A stretch of DNA of 64,000 bases from Octopus vulgaris (lineage: Eukaryota): assembly GCA_951406725.2 (NCBI GenBank), contig OX597814.1:79670001-79734000 (forward strand), read 5' to 3'. Every line of letters begins with the position of its first letter. Within the stretch, counting starts at the first letter, position 1. Of the stretch, positions 41,859-55,750 are shown piece by piece. The notes beneath the pieces were generated by a model, which worked only from the letters and a program-made list of their open reading frames with translations, was not told the origin of the DNA and searched no databases. The translations under genes and the position numbers were made by a program.

Positions 41859-42692
41859 AAGAGAAATAATAGCCCTAAGATTATAATTCTGGAAAATTAC
41901 AGGAGAAGTTACTTGGAAAAGTTCAGGACATGTTATTACATCTGGTAAAGTACAGAACAAGAAACTTTTTACTTAACATATTGCAGCTAAGGATAAAGTT
42001 TAAATATTAAAAATTATTTGATTTTAATTTACTAAATAACATTATAATTAAAGAAGGTACCATCATTTTGTTAAAATATTGACACACTAGAACATTTCAA
42101 AAATGAGAGCCAGTATAGCTAGTACCAATTTAGCTAAAGTTTTATGCAAAGTAGAATAGTATGCATGGTAGGCAAATTCATTATGTAAAAAAATAGGCAT
42201 TGTTCAAGACTGAAAATGTGAAGACTTGCCAATACCTTAGGCAATAACTCAGGCAAATTTTACTGTGAATTTGTTGTTATAGGTAGATTTTACTGTAACA
42301 TATAACTAATTTTTGTATTATTCTATTTATTGTACTAATAATGTACTACTATTATTTTTATAATCTATTTTCAAATTTACAATTATTAATTAATAATTGA
42401 AAAAATGAAATTTTTTAAAGAGCCGAAAATATTTTAATTGAGCTATTTTAAAATTTTTTTATAGAATAAACAAGTAATAACAAATAAAAGTAATAACTTG
42501 TAATGAAATTTTTAGTTTAAATAAAACCTATTATTTTCTAAACCTACATATTTTATTTGAAATTTTATCGTTAGCTGCAATATTTTAAGTAAAAAGTTTT
42601 TTGTTCTGTACTTTACCAGCCAGATGTAATAAGTTGTTCTGAACTTGTCCCGTAATTTTTCAGGTTTATAATCTTAAGAATATTATTTCTCT
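41859..42692. mobile_element. MITE-like element with about 150-bp imperfect terminal inverted repeats
   Basis: 41859-42010 (...tggtaaagtacagaacaagaaactttttacttaacatattgcagctaa...) is the reverse complement of 42550-42692; AT-rich non-coding interior. Confidence 0.7.
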
Positions 42693-43067
42693 TCTTCGCA
42701 TCAACGTCATGGCTTTGACAGTGCAGCCAGTTAAGGGACTATCATTACCATGACCTAGTTTTATCTCAGAGTGTCCCTCTCCTAGAAGAGTTGTCTTCAC
42801 CATGGCTATGTCAGGTCGCTCTTGAGCGCTACTGGTAACATGTAACTCAGTACAACTTGTCGCATAGTCGGCTCGTTGGCGACTAAACTGGCAACCCCAC
42901 CAAGGTTACTTGGGAAGGAGGGTGAATGCTGGACACTCTGCAGGACAAAAATAAGACCTGTCAAAGGGCGGAAGAAATAATGTGTAGTCAACCGTCATCC
43001 AGCATTATGTGTACATGGGTGTGTGAGTATGTGTGTGTTTGTGTGTGCGCATGTGTGTGTATATTTG

Positions 43068-43098
<31 letters not shown>

Positions 43099-43299
43099 TC
43101 ATTTTTATATATCTCTTTAGATTTTTTATATATCTTTTCATATATTTATTTATCTTTTATATACTTATATATATTTATATCTCGATTCTATTTTATTTAT
43201 AGTTTTAATTGTGAATTTATTTTTTTTATCTATCTACGTATTTATTTATTTTTATAAATAAAAAAACATTTTAAAATTTACATGAAATGTAACTGAGGA

Positions 43300-43555
43300 A
43301 GTTTAAAAGTTAACACTCCTCCGTCTACTTCTCAAGTACGAGGCTCACAATGAAGGAGGGATGCTAGAGGTGTGAAATCTTGTATGCTTTAAATTCATCT
43401 CTTCTAATAACTGCATTGTTTCCTTCCAGGTAAACTGACATCTGACATAAAAGAAAACTTCAAAAGTAACTAATAGTGACTTCTCTTGAAAATGGATAAA
43501 ATTCGGCGCCATTGTGTTATCAAATACCTACGGAAATATAGTTTAGTCCCCAAGG
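43300..43555 (+). pseudogene. Mariner transposase 5' fragment
   Basis: MDKIRRHCVIKYLRKYSLVPK resembles mariner N-termini (MDK.E.R.VIKYL..KG..P); truncated. Confidence 0.55.
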
Positions 43556-43619
43556 GCTGGCAATTCCGCTACCCCGCCTGCTTAACAACAACAACAACAA
43601 CAACCACAATAATAATAAT

Positions 43620-44430
43620 GGTTTCAACTTTTGCCACAAGGGCAGCAATTTTAGGGGAGGGGATGAGTCGATTACATCGATCTCAGTGTTCAACTGGTAC
43701 TTATTATATCGACTTGGAAAGGATAAAAGACTAAGTCGACATCGATAGGATTTGAACTCAGAAGTTAGCGACGGGCGAAATACCGCCAACCATTTCGTCC
43801 AGCGCGCTAACGATTCTGCCAGATCACCTCCTTAACAACAACAACAACAACAATAATGATACTTTCTGTATTGGCCACAGGGGCCTCAAAAACAAAGTAC
43901 AGTGTTACATAAAAACCATGAATTCTCATACCAGCTCTGATATATCAGACGTGTTCATACGTGTCCTAGCTGCACCATTACACTCTTTGTTTACATATAT
44001 AGTGTATATAATATTACATTATCCAATGAAGGCGACGATCTGGCAGAATCTTTATCACAGCGTTTTTATGCCGTGGTCGAATTTGCCTTTCATCGGTTTC
44101 GAGCTTGATAAAATAAATACCTGTTGAGTACTGGGGTCGATGTAATTGACTCCTCCCCCAAAATTGCTGACCTTGTGTCAAAATTTAAACAAATATATTG
44201 TCCAATTAAGGCGGCGAGCAGGCAGAATCGTTCGCACACCGGTTAAAATGCTTAGCAGCATTTTCTTCGTCTTTACGATCAGATTCCAAAATTCCGTCGA
44301 AGTTGACTTTGCTTTTCATTCCTCTCGGAGTCGATAAAAAATAGATACCAGTCGAGCAATGGGGTCAATGTAATCGACGTAAGCCCTTCTCCGGAATTGC
44401 TTGCCTTGTGTCAAGATTTGAAACAAATAT
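43620..44430. mobile_element. Three SINE family B copies (43620-43833 -, 44029-44195 +, 44208-44430 +)
   Basis: Shared head aggcggcgag..ggcagaatcgtt and the central ttgcctttcatc...gataaaataa.tacc domain. Confidence 0.8.
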
Positions 44431-44736
44431 TACATTATCCAGTGTATCCATTCTTCTTTCTTTCTTCTAAAGTAGAAGAATAGATTTTATTTCTAACAGT
44501 TCACATAGTCTTCTGCGTGGTCACACGAACTGTTACAAACAAACCTCAGGCTACTGCCTGGCAAGTTATGGGCTTTTTATAATCGTTGGAACAGAAATAT
44601 GACATAAACAATTTCTATAAATAATTCAATGCAATTTAACAACATATTGAACTATACAATATTAGAACTAGAATAATAAATATTGTATAAAACTAAAATA
44701 ATATACCCGTAAGACTGAACGGTATTTATATATATA

Positions 44737-45974
44737 TCAGGTCATCCCATAAGTTCTGTCCGAATTTTGAATAATGAAAACAAGAGAACAAATGTTATAT
44801 TTAATTGAAATCTAATCATCAATGTATTTTCCCTGATTATCTTTGACTTCCTTCCGTCTACTTACAAGCTTTTTAATCCCATCAATGTAAAAGTCTTTTG
44901 GTTTTAAAGCGAAGGACTCTAAAATGTCAGTTTCGACCTCCTCCTGGCTTGCGAAAGTTAGGCCCCCCAAATGATTCTGTAAACTACGAAACAAATGGTA
45001 GATGAAGGAACAAGGTCGGGAGAATAAGGTGAATGAGGAATTTTTTCCCAACCAAGCTCTTCGATCTTCTGTGATGTGATCTTCGTAGTGTGGGGTCCCG
45101 TATTCTCTCGATGAAACATCACTCCTTTTCGATTCAATAAAGCGGATCTTTTTTCTTCAAAGCTTGGTTCAAACGCTCTAATTGCTGACAGCAGACTTGA
45201 GCATTGATTGTTGCATTAGGTGGTAACAATTCAAAGTGAATTACTCCTTTGCAATCCCACTAGATTGAGAGAAGAAGCTTTTTTCCATGAAGTTCCATTT
45301 TCGGTTGTGCTTGAGCTTTTTTCCCTTTTACCAAGCCACTGTTTACGACGTTTAACATTTCGATAGAAGATCAACTTTTCGTCACCAGTCACAAGTCTAT
45401 CCAAAAAGGGTGAAATATATTTGCGAGAATGGAGAGAAGAGCAGAGCAGATGTTAACTCGGGATTTGCGGTTGCTTTCGGACAGTTCATGAGACACCGAT
45501 TTTCCAAGTTTAGGAACCTTTCCAAGTTGTTGAAGATGACGATGAACAGTTGTATGGTTTGAACTAAGCTTTATTCCCAATTTTTCAACTGATAATGCAG
45601 GATTTTCTTCAAGTAATGCCTAAAGGAGCTTATCATCAAACTCAACTTGACGTCCAGTTCGATCTTCATCTTCAAGGCTGAAATCATCACTTCTGAATTT
45701 TGCAAACCATCTTCTGCAAGTTCTTTCATTTAAGCATTCTTTCCCATAAACTGAGTATATGTTTCGAGACGCTTCGGCTGCAGAGTATTATTAGCCACAA
45801 ATGCTATTTCCATGATAGTAAGGGAATTCAATTATTCTGTAAAATAATATTTAATTAATTTAAATGTATACAAATGCATAAAATTAATTTTTAATTCCAT
45901 TAGACATTCTAAAATACTATTAAATTTCATTCAATTTTAAAAAAGGTAAAATCGGACAGAACTTATGGGATGAC

Positions 45975-45978
<4 letters not shown>
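44737..45978 (-). mobile_element. Mariner element (DD34D type) with perfect TIRs and disrupted transposase
   Basis: TIR tcaggtcatcccataagttctgtccga at both ends, TA-flanked; KSVSHEL (WVPHEL), LVTGDEK, YHLFRSLQNHL, KDNQGKYIDD*. Confidence 0.95.
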
Positions 45979-46056
<78 letters not shown>

Positions 46057-46065
46057 CAGACAGAC

Positions 46066-46123
<58 letters not shown>

Positions 46124-49100
46124 GTGTGGAATTGGCTTTACGAATACAAGTTATATTATTGACTTCCTTAAAATAACATCTAACTTGACAGTTCCATATT
46201 CCCTCAAACACATTGAATCTCACCCAAATACATACTTGAACGCACGCATATCTCCAGATTCACGCATGCACACAATTACACACGTTTGCACGCATACACG
46301 TACGAACCGAAATCCACATTTACACACGCTAATACACACATAGGTGTCTTCAATAAAAAGATACTTGTTATTTTATAACTAGTTTGACATCTATTTGAGT
46401 ATTAATTGTTTTCAAACTGGATTCTGCATATATAGCTGCTTTAAAGGCCTGTACACGTAACATTTTGGCTCATAGTCCGCCATATTATTATTAACTAGGC
46501 AAGCTTTGATTACGTAAATGTGTGTGTATTGGGAGCGGGAAGATGTTAATATGCATAATATCTGCGCAACATAATTTCCAGCACGTTGTCTTAATGGAAC
46601 TTAATTAGAACTACATAGAAATTTTGCTGCTTTATTGAAGTATAGGGTTGATGACAATATGATTACTGTGATTATATGCCTGCTTTGATATATATTAGAT
46701 TAAAATATATAATTTGAGATATTATATTATTTGTCTATTATCTCTAACAAAACTCAACCAAGATACGTATTACCACATGTATGCTTATTTAATTTCAAGA
46801 GACCATAAGGTTGGAAATTGCGAATGCTTTAATGTTTTAAAGCTGGGATGAAAACATGAAAACATGAAAACAGAACCACGGTTTCGATACTTAATGAAGT
46901 TGTCTTTTAATAAAAAGATATTCCAACATCGAAGATAAAAATAGTGATATATTGCATCCTTGAATAGTCACATTAGCCGACAAAGATTTTGTTCTTACAT
47001 TGTGTGTCGTTGGCAAGTCAACGTAGTGCAGACAATTTTTTTTTTCCAGATGTTTAACATGTCTGGAAATGACACTACAAGGAGCAAATGAAATGCGAAA
47101 ACTCCACAAGGAATCGAACCTACGTCATATATTTTGAATATTCCCATTACCACCATTGTACGCCGTGGTGGTAATATCACAAATATCCGTATTTATACGG
47201 ATATGCGAACACAAAGCCGTTCGCGAAAAGACTACAGATTCTAGCCACATCACTACACAAATACATATATTTAAACATTTATGCATGCAGTTACCGGAGC
47301 ATCCATAGATCGATAAAATGCCAAGTGGTTTGAATAGATCCAAATTATTAATATCGAAGCTCAGGAGATATTAACAGATACCTATTACTTCCACATCAGC
47401 TACCATATTGACCGACTCTACCTATATCAATTGAGAATTATGAGAGACAGATATAACATTAGCTTAGATAGTGTTCGGCTGTCATATTGTATTACAGTGA
47501 TGCCATGAAAATTATAGGTATCGGAAAAATACAAGTAGAATAAACTCGTGGAACAAATATATTCATATGCATGAACAAAACCAATATTGGGAAATTTGAC
47601 AAAGAACATTTCAGAAATAATTCTGAAGATAATGATACCAAATACAATCCCAGAATTTTTACAGAATAATAACTATTCAATAGATAATCGTAGCAAAAGA
47701 TGTTACACTATTAGTAAAAAATTATTTACGAACATATATCATCAGTGTGAAAAGTCCACACCAACACCGCTGTTTTTGACCAGTAACCGCAACATCATGT
47801 TTTTTTCTCTCTTCCAGAAACATGTGACAACTACTGAAAGACATAAAAATGCATTTAAGCTACTAATATTTGATAACAGTTATCGGATGTGTAGAGTATG
47901 TATGAAGTTCTAATACATATTATTATCAGCTTATCGGCGAGGTATATTTTTAAAATACTACATGAATTCTGTCCATTGACGAAAGAGAATAAAAATCAAG
48001 TGAGATATTTATAAAAGTGAAGAATAGCTTGTTATTATACACCAATGAACATAGATACTAAATGTCGATATAGTAAATTGGATTGCGCGCTTTTAGGAAT
48101 AAAAAAAGGATTTTAAACATGCAGTGTTATAAGAACTTTTGAGCACAGGTAAGAGACATTTAAGAAATATAGAAAGGAAAACAAAATAGCATAAAGATGA
48201 TCTTCCAAAAACTGTATTTGCTTCCTAGTTTCAATTCACGATTGTAATCGATTTTTGTGTGATAAGTACAACTTGTCGCTGTTTATCAGAAACACCTGGT
48301 CCTTGTTTGCCTTTAATTGCCATGAGGCTGCTGCAAGTATTTGAAGCAAGTCATTCTCTGGTCTGGGGATGATTCGATGTCTTGATACACTGACACTGCA
48401 TTCCGTTGAAGCTTCCCTTGTTATGCCCTGTGGCATTACTAGACTGTTGTTTAGTTCCATGTTACTCCTAATTTAGCAAATATTATCAGAAGTATTCTAT
48501 GCATCACTGTCTTATCTTCACTTCATTCTGAAATATTGTATCGAGGACTATATTATCCAATACATCCTTTGCTTTTTAAAGATGGTAATGCAATTTGGTT
48601 GCTATATCTACAAGCTAAAGTGACCGCGTAAATGTTTCTTAATTCTGGGCAAATATGTAAGCGGTTCCCGAATAGAGAGATCACAGATATTACAGAAGCC
48701 TGGCTAGTGATAAACAACTCGGAAAGATGCCGTATACGGTAGCAGGTTCATATGCAGTGATTGACTTCCAGCTAGACTACTTGCATAGCAGCTCCCATAT
48801 ATTGTAGTGCATTCTTCTTTTGCCCGCTACCAGAGAAATTGCAGAGAACTTTCTGCTTTGACTGAGGCATTAACCATAACTTCGATCCATTAGTTTACAA
48901 CACTTTTAAGAATGGCATATACATCTCACGAACCCATTGCCTTATCTACATATTTAGGATCTTAAGGACTTGTAAAATATTATTATCGATATATTTTGGC
49001 ATGGCTTTCTAACGACAGAGGCAATGTATGCAGCAATATTGAGGGAAGAAAGCATATCGAATATGATATCACCATATTTCAATGGAGACTGAGGTCCACG

Positions 49101-50553
49101 ACTTCGATACCATGCTGTTTCCATTCTTGTTTCCATTCCTTGGTTCGATGAATTTCACTTTAGCATAAATATTTAAAATGCTTTTGAAGACGCTGAGAGT
49201 TTTATTTGTCTTTTCCAGAAATCTGGGATCTTGTTCCTAATCACTAAAAATTATTAGCATTGATTATCATAATGATGAGGTAGTGACTGCTAATGATTCG
49301 TGTTTAATGTTATGTTATAATGCAATATTCCAATGGTGACAAATGTAGAGGCGTCAGCACAGTTGCTTAGCCTGTCAGAAATAGCAACCAGAACTGTGAA
49401 TCAAACACCGTACTATATTACACTGTCTCGATAAAAAATAGGGAGATATATACAATAATGTAGTTCTACAAACTATTTTAATAATAGATCAGCATGATGA
49501 TGGTTAACATTTGACTAAACAACAAAACAACGACATTAAAAAGACCAGTTGAAATAGAATGAGTCGGTATGAATGGCTGCAATAACAGCCATATCTCCTT
49601 TCTCTTAAATTACTGTCTAAAATAGAGTTGAAGACGTGTATCAACGATGATGCAGTCTTCGATATATTATACTCTAATTCAGGGTTTCTTATCTTGGACG
49701 CCATTTGGAAGTATTGTGAGCTCACAAGAAGGCGGCAGATAGTAAATGGGTGTATGGAGATGCTAGATGTTTAGATGTATCGTGATTTTTCTAAGAGATT
49801 AAATGTTTAACCTTGGTACAAATACACTTAGGTATTTACATGAAGTATATACATATATTGTTGAGATTAAAATACGTGTAGCACGTTGTCTTATCATGGA
49901 CAGAATAAATCCCTGATGATGCGCCGATGTCCAACATAATTTCATTATGTAAATCCTCGCCAGTTATAACAATTCCCATAAAAATATAATACAAAGTATA
50001 TTAATCCACGCAAATATCTAAGAAGAGGCACATGAAAGATGGGACGCTATTAGAAAATAAGGTTAATAAGCTTCTGTGCAAAATGAGCTTCTATGATTCG
50101 TGTTTAATGTTAGGTTATAATGCAATATTACAACGGTGACAAATGTAGAGGCGTCAGCACAGTTGCTTAGTCTGTTAGAAACAGCAACCAACACTTTGAC
50201 TCAAACACCGTACTGTCTCAATAGAAAATGGGGAGATATATACAATAATGTAGTTCTACAAACACTAAGCCTAATGATGTAATCAAAGCTGGACTCTTTT
50301 AATAATAGATCAGAATGATGATGGTTAACGTTCATATCTTTCACTGACATCTTCTCTTTTGGACCTTGTATATCTGTTTTAAGCGGGTTCTCCATACATG
50401 TCCATATTTGCGAGAAGTAAATGTGATGGCATCATGTTACTTCTGCAAACTACTTCATTTTCGCCTTTTTAAAAACTTTGAGGAAAGTTTCGTAGAAAAT
50501 TTGCCTCAATAATCTCAGTCTATACAATTATGAAAAAGTGGACGTTAAAATCA

Positions 50554-50687
<134 letters not shown>

Positions 50688-50727
50688 ATATGAGAAAGAG
50701 ATAAACAGAGAGAGAACGAGAGTGAGT

Positions 50728-50781
<54 letters not shown>

Positions 50782-50889
50782 AAGAAATAGAAAGGCAGAT
50801 AAACACAAGTAGTTTTAAAACGTGTATTTATAGGGAATATAAATATATCTTGCAGAATAAAGAAAATGAGGAATTATGTAATAGTCTTA

Positions 50890-51018
50890 TCTCGACAGCT
50901 ATTTCGAGAGCACCGTGTACAGACATACGTAACAGGTTCATATAATATCGTAGGTATGTGCAATACAATAGGGTCTAATGAATTTCTTAGGTCAAACTAA
51001 GTGACCCTCCTCGGGAGA
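50890..51018 (-). ncRNA. Type I hammerhead-like motif with about 100-nt stem II region, U4C variant
   Basis: TCTC-CCGAGGA-GGG...CTC-GAAAT-AGCT-GTC-GAGA; stem I TCTC/GAGA, palindromic loop AGCT, GUC triplet. Confidence 0.65.
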
Positions 51019-51303
51019 AGAATGGCGCGTGCATTTTGTATTCCCTGCAAATAGATACTTTAAACGTACTTGTGTTTATCTGCCTTTCTACATCAATAAC
51101 AGCTCGACGAGAGGCATACTTTGCAACTAACTTTCAATGTCGGAGGCACTGAGCCCTGAGTACTGTCTTATCTATACCAAGCTTATTTTACATTCTTTTA
51201 CATACTATATATAGGGATAGTTTACGAAAAAAAACAAAAGACGAAGACAGGTGGTGTACAAAACAAACTGATATATTAGTATAACGCTCAGGAATAGAAA
51301 AGT

Positions 51304-51339
51304 CTTTTACGTTTCGAGCCTACGCTCCTCTACAGAAGG
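51304..51339 (-). ncRNA. Minimal hammerhead-like motif with variant core CUGUAGA
   Basis: CCTT-CTGTAGA-G-GAGC-GTAG-GCTC-GAAAC-GTA-AAAG; perfect stem II; flanking acgctcaggaa shared with the 13919 motif. Confidence 0.6.
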
Positions 51340-52329
51340 GGACACAGAAAAAACAAGGAGAGAAACACGGAGAGAGAACAAAGGAGAGAAAAAATGTGTG
51401 TAGTGGCTAACGAGGCATACTTATATATGTATATAAGTATGTATGTGAGTGAGTGTGTTTGTGTGTGTGTGTGTGTTTGTGTGTGTACATATATAACAGA
51501 TTTTCGCTTTGCAAAATCTTATTAACAAACAACTGGTCAGCTGAGAACACAACTAAATACTATCAAGTACTTAAATCTAACATAATATTCATTATCAATG
51601 ACCTCGGCTACTCTAGATATAAGAAACCTAATTAGAATTTCCCTTAATTGACAACATGTGGTATTGGACTAGACCCTGTCACAGTTTAAAATCAAAAGGT
51701 CAAAATCCTCACTCTCAATACAGGATTGTGTTAGTAAAGATAAAAAATCACACCAAGTAAACACAGTGAGAATCGGCTAACAAACAAACATTTTAAACAC
51801 AACACAAATAAAATCCAGCGAACTATATCATGATATGTTTATGTTTATGTGCAATTTATTGCACATATGCTTGACTGCAAGTGAATAGGGGTTGTATGCA
51901 ATTTGCAGCGATGAAGACTCCATTGGAAGGGAACCGAATTAAGCGCGCAGAAAGATAAATTTACTTTGAAACATCACTTAACTTATAAATGAATAGGAAG
52001 GGGAAAAGTTGTAGCAGTTTTGATGGGGGATGTGAACTAGACATACATAGAGTGAAGAAAAACATCTAGATGGAAAGATAGATTAAACTATGAACGTATA
52101 TATATGCACATCTCAACAAACATGTGTTTCTATATGAAACGGTGTATTTTCATATAAATATGAAACGAATGCAAACATTAATTGAAAAGTAGTACCCTTG
52201 GGTGTACACAAGTGTGTGTGTGTGTATGTGTGTGTGTGTGTTTCCATATCCACATATTTCTATATGCGTGTGTGTGTACATACATATACATATACATATG
52301 CATACATACAAACATACATACATACATAC

Positions 52330-52388
<59 letters not shown>

Positions 52389-53354
52389 CATATATATACA
52401 TACGTACATATATGAGTGTGTGCATATAAATACATACATACATATATACAAACAAAAATACCCTGTTGTTGAAATTCCAATGAAGGTACCTTGAATTTAG
52501 GTTAGAAACCGGCTCTTTCTCTATTGGCAAGAAATCTTAAAATAAGACTAAAAAATGACATACATATATAGTACATACATACATACATACATACATACAT
52601 ACATACATACATACATACATACATACATACATACATACATACATAGATATATACATACAACGTGCGTGTTAGTATAACCCATATATTTATGTAGAACGCA
52701 GTAAATACGCCATCAGAATTTCTGACTGCTAAATGTCATTTTCATTGTTGTATTTTATTAACTTCAGTTATTTTTACTGCAGCTGCGTAACTCAAATATT
52801 TAATATCATGCAAATGTTTTAAACATTAATAGCAAACACGATATGGTGCAATGATGGCAATCTTTATATAATTTTGAAACATTAATAGTTAATGTTTGCA
52901 CTGTCTCCTTACAGTAACAAACAGAGCGTTTCCAGTTTACTAGCGTCACATATACTCTGCATGAATACTTGATAATCCAGTATCTATGCATTCGTCTTTC
53001 TTCCAAAGTGGAAAGCAAAATTAATTTTCTTTTCACACTGAGAAGAATAGGATTAAAGCACAGCAAGAGAGGGGCGTGAATTAATGATTAAAAGCTTAAT
53101 TAAAGACTGATATATATATATATATATATATACATACTACAAAATCCCTGGTTATCTTGAGAAAAGAGCAGATAGGCATTGTATAGATGATGATGGGAAT
53201 TATATTGTTGTTTGTGTGTGTGTGTGTGTGAAATTTAATTTCCTTTCTCCATTTATAAACAAATGAACCAAAGAGGGCTGTCTCTTTGCGATTGCTTGAT
53301 TTGTCAGTAGTAGCAGCATCGGAAGGTATCGCACTCTCTTAAAAGAATATCGAA

Positions 53355-53740
53355 GAGGATGAGGAAGGAGAAGGGGAGGGCAGAGGAGGGAAGGAAGAGG
53401 GGAAGGAGAAGGAGAAAAGAAGAAGAGGAAGGAGAAGATGGAGGAGGAGGAGAAAGAAAAGGAAGAGAAGGAGAAGAAGGACAAGGAAGAGGAGAAGAAG
53501 AAGTACAAGGAAGAGGGAGAAGAATAGGAGAAAGGAAGAAGGACAAAGAAGAGTAGGAGAGGGGGGAAGAAGAAGAAAAAAAGAAAAAGAAGAAGAAGAA
53601 GAAGAAGAAGAAGAAGAAGAAGAAGAAGCAGAAGAAAAAGAAGAAGAAGAAGAAGAAGAAGAAGAAGAAGAAGAAGAAGAAGAAGAAGAAGAAGAAGAAG
53701 AAGAAGAAGAAGAAGAAGAAGAAGAAGACGACGACGACGA
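53355..53740 (+). repeat. Polypurine tract ending in long (GAA)n
   Basis: Almost exclusively G/A on the plus strand for about 380 bp. Confidence 0.95.
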
Positions 53741-54267
53741 CTTTATGATCACGATTTGCGCAAATGGACCGTCTTTGATGTCTGCTCGATCAACAACTAC
53801 CATAATTACAACATACGTCTTGTATTATACTGTATTTTAGAGTCTCAAAATCATATTTTGTTGTTCCGTCAACGTGTCTAAATATATTTGTTGCTATAGA
53901 CTCTTGGATTGTGGTGTTCTTGTTTATAACAAATGAATCAGAACAAATATGAGTGAGTCAAACCAGACGATAAAGCATGTACGTGGTCTACTGACCACTA
54001 GAACTAGCAGTTAAAAGTCCTCTCAAAATAAACCTTAGGATTGTGCTGTCCTACATATAATGTATTTGAAGTACAAAATGAAGAGATCATGACTGGAACG
54101 TCGTTAATAATAAGTATACACAGACAGAATTGACCAGAGATAAACAGCAGCAGTAGCAACTAATTCTATTTGAAGTTATGCTGCTTTCTTCGAAGGAGGT
54201 AAATCATCTGGATATTGTTTCCAGCAGGTCTAGGGAGCACGGAGTTGCTCAATTGCATAAGTTGTTT

Positions 54268-54522
54268 ATATTTAAGAGATGAGGAATTATGTGCATTATT
54301 TAGATTATTTACATTTGAAGGATATTTGTCCTCATCTTGTTTGTTGTTAACACAACGTTTCAGTTGATATACCCTCCAGGCTTCATCAGGTGTCTTGGGG
54401 AAAATTTCGAACCTCGGTTCTCATTCCCAAGGTATTTTTCGATATTGTCGTTATTATTATTTTATCGAACTCGGAATCTTGGGGTTTATAGGCCGCGCTC
54501 TTAACCCCTATGCCATATGCCC
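54268..54522 (-). mobile_element. SINE family D (tRNA head plus hammerhead tail)
   Basis: Minus: gggcatatggcataggggttaagagcgcggcc...gagttcgat, short (AAT)n, tail with ACAC-CTGATGA-A-stem II-GAAAC-GTT-GTGT at 54350-54393. Confidence 0.85.
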
Positions 54523-54552
54523 GTGGGCAGACTTAAAAATCCACTCAATACT

Positions 54553-55049
<497 letters not shown>

Positions 55050-55099
55050 TGTTTTTTAGTGAAAATAGATGATGGATAGTAAATTTGGTAAGTGCTGCC

Positions 55100-55750
55100 T
55101 TTAGTCAATTTATGTGAAACTAAGTGGTTAAAATAGGTGTGAAGATTTGTCTGGGTAATAACGCAGGCATGTGGTTATGATGTTACATGAACATTATATT
55201 ATGTTTGGATTTCGAGAAGGCTTGATCAGGTTGTGTAGGCATAATTTAAGCAGAATGGGTGACAGAACAGACCTTTGTGGTACACCATTTCGAAACTGCA
55301 AAAAACAGACGTCTTGCTATTAAATGCTACATATGGTTTGCAGGCTTAAATGTCGTTGGCTAGTGTGGGATGTGTATTATTTCTTAAGGGATTGTATGCA
55401 TTTTTCTCATAATTGGTCAACGATAAATAAAGTGACATAGTTTTCTAATGTCCACAGTCAAGCTTAGGGCTTTTTAGTTGTTTAATCTGTCATATATATT
55501 TTATGAGGTCTGTGAATAATATAGAGCTTGGGTATAAGGATAATCTACGTTGTGAGATTAGAAAAGAGAATATTTGGGTTACTTAGTCTTTTGGGCATAA
55601 TTTATAGTATACATAAGAGGATGATGACTCTACATGAGGCTGTTTCGGTTGGGTTTTTATCACGCTTCAGAATTGTTATGATTTTTCCCAATCTTCAAGT
55701 TCCTTACATTTGCTGATGTTGAAATTTATGATTTGTAGTTGATATTAGAC
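55100..55750 (-). pseudogene. Degraded non-LTR reverse transcriptase remnant
   Basis: FRNGVPQRSVLS (GVPQGSVLSP motif) near 55290; many stops. Confidence 0.5.

Noticed and set aside
48236-48460. Minus 74-aa ORF as a host exon
   Set aside because: More likely a decayed CR1-like LINE 3' end; too degraded to call either way
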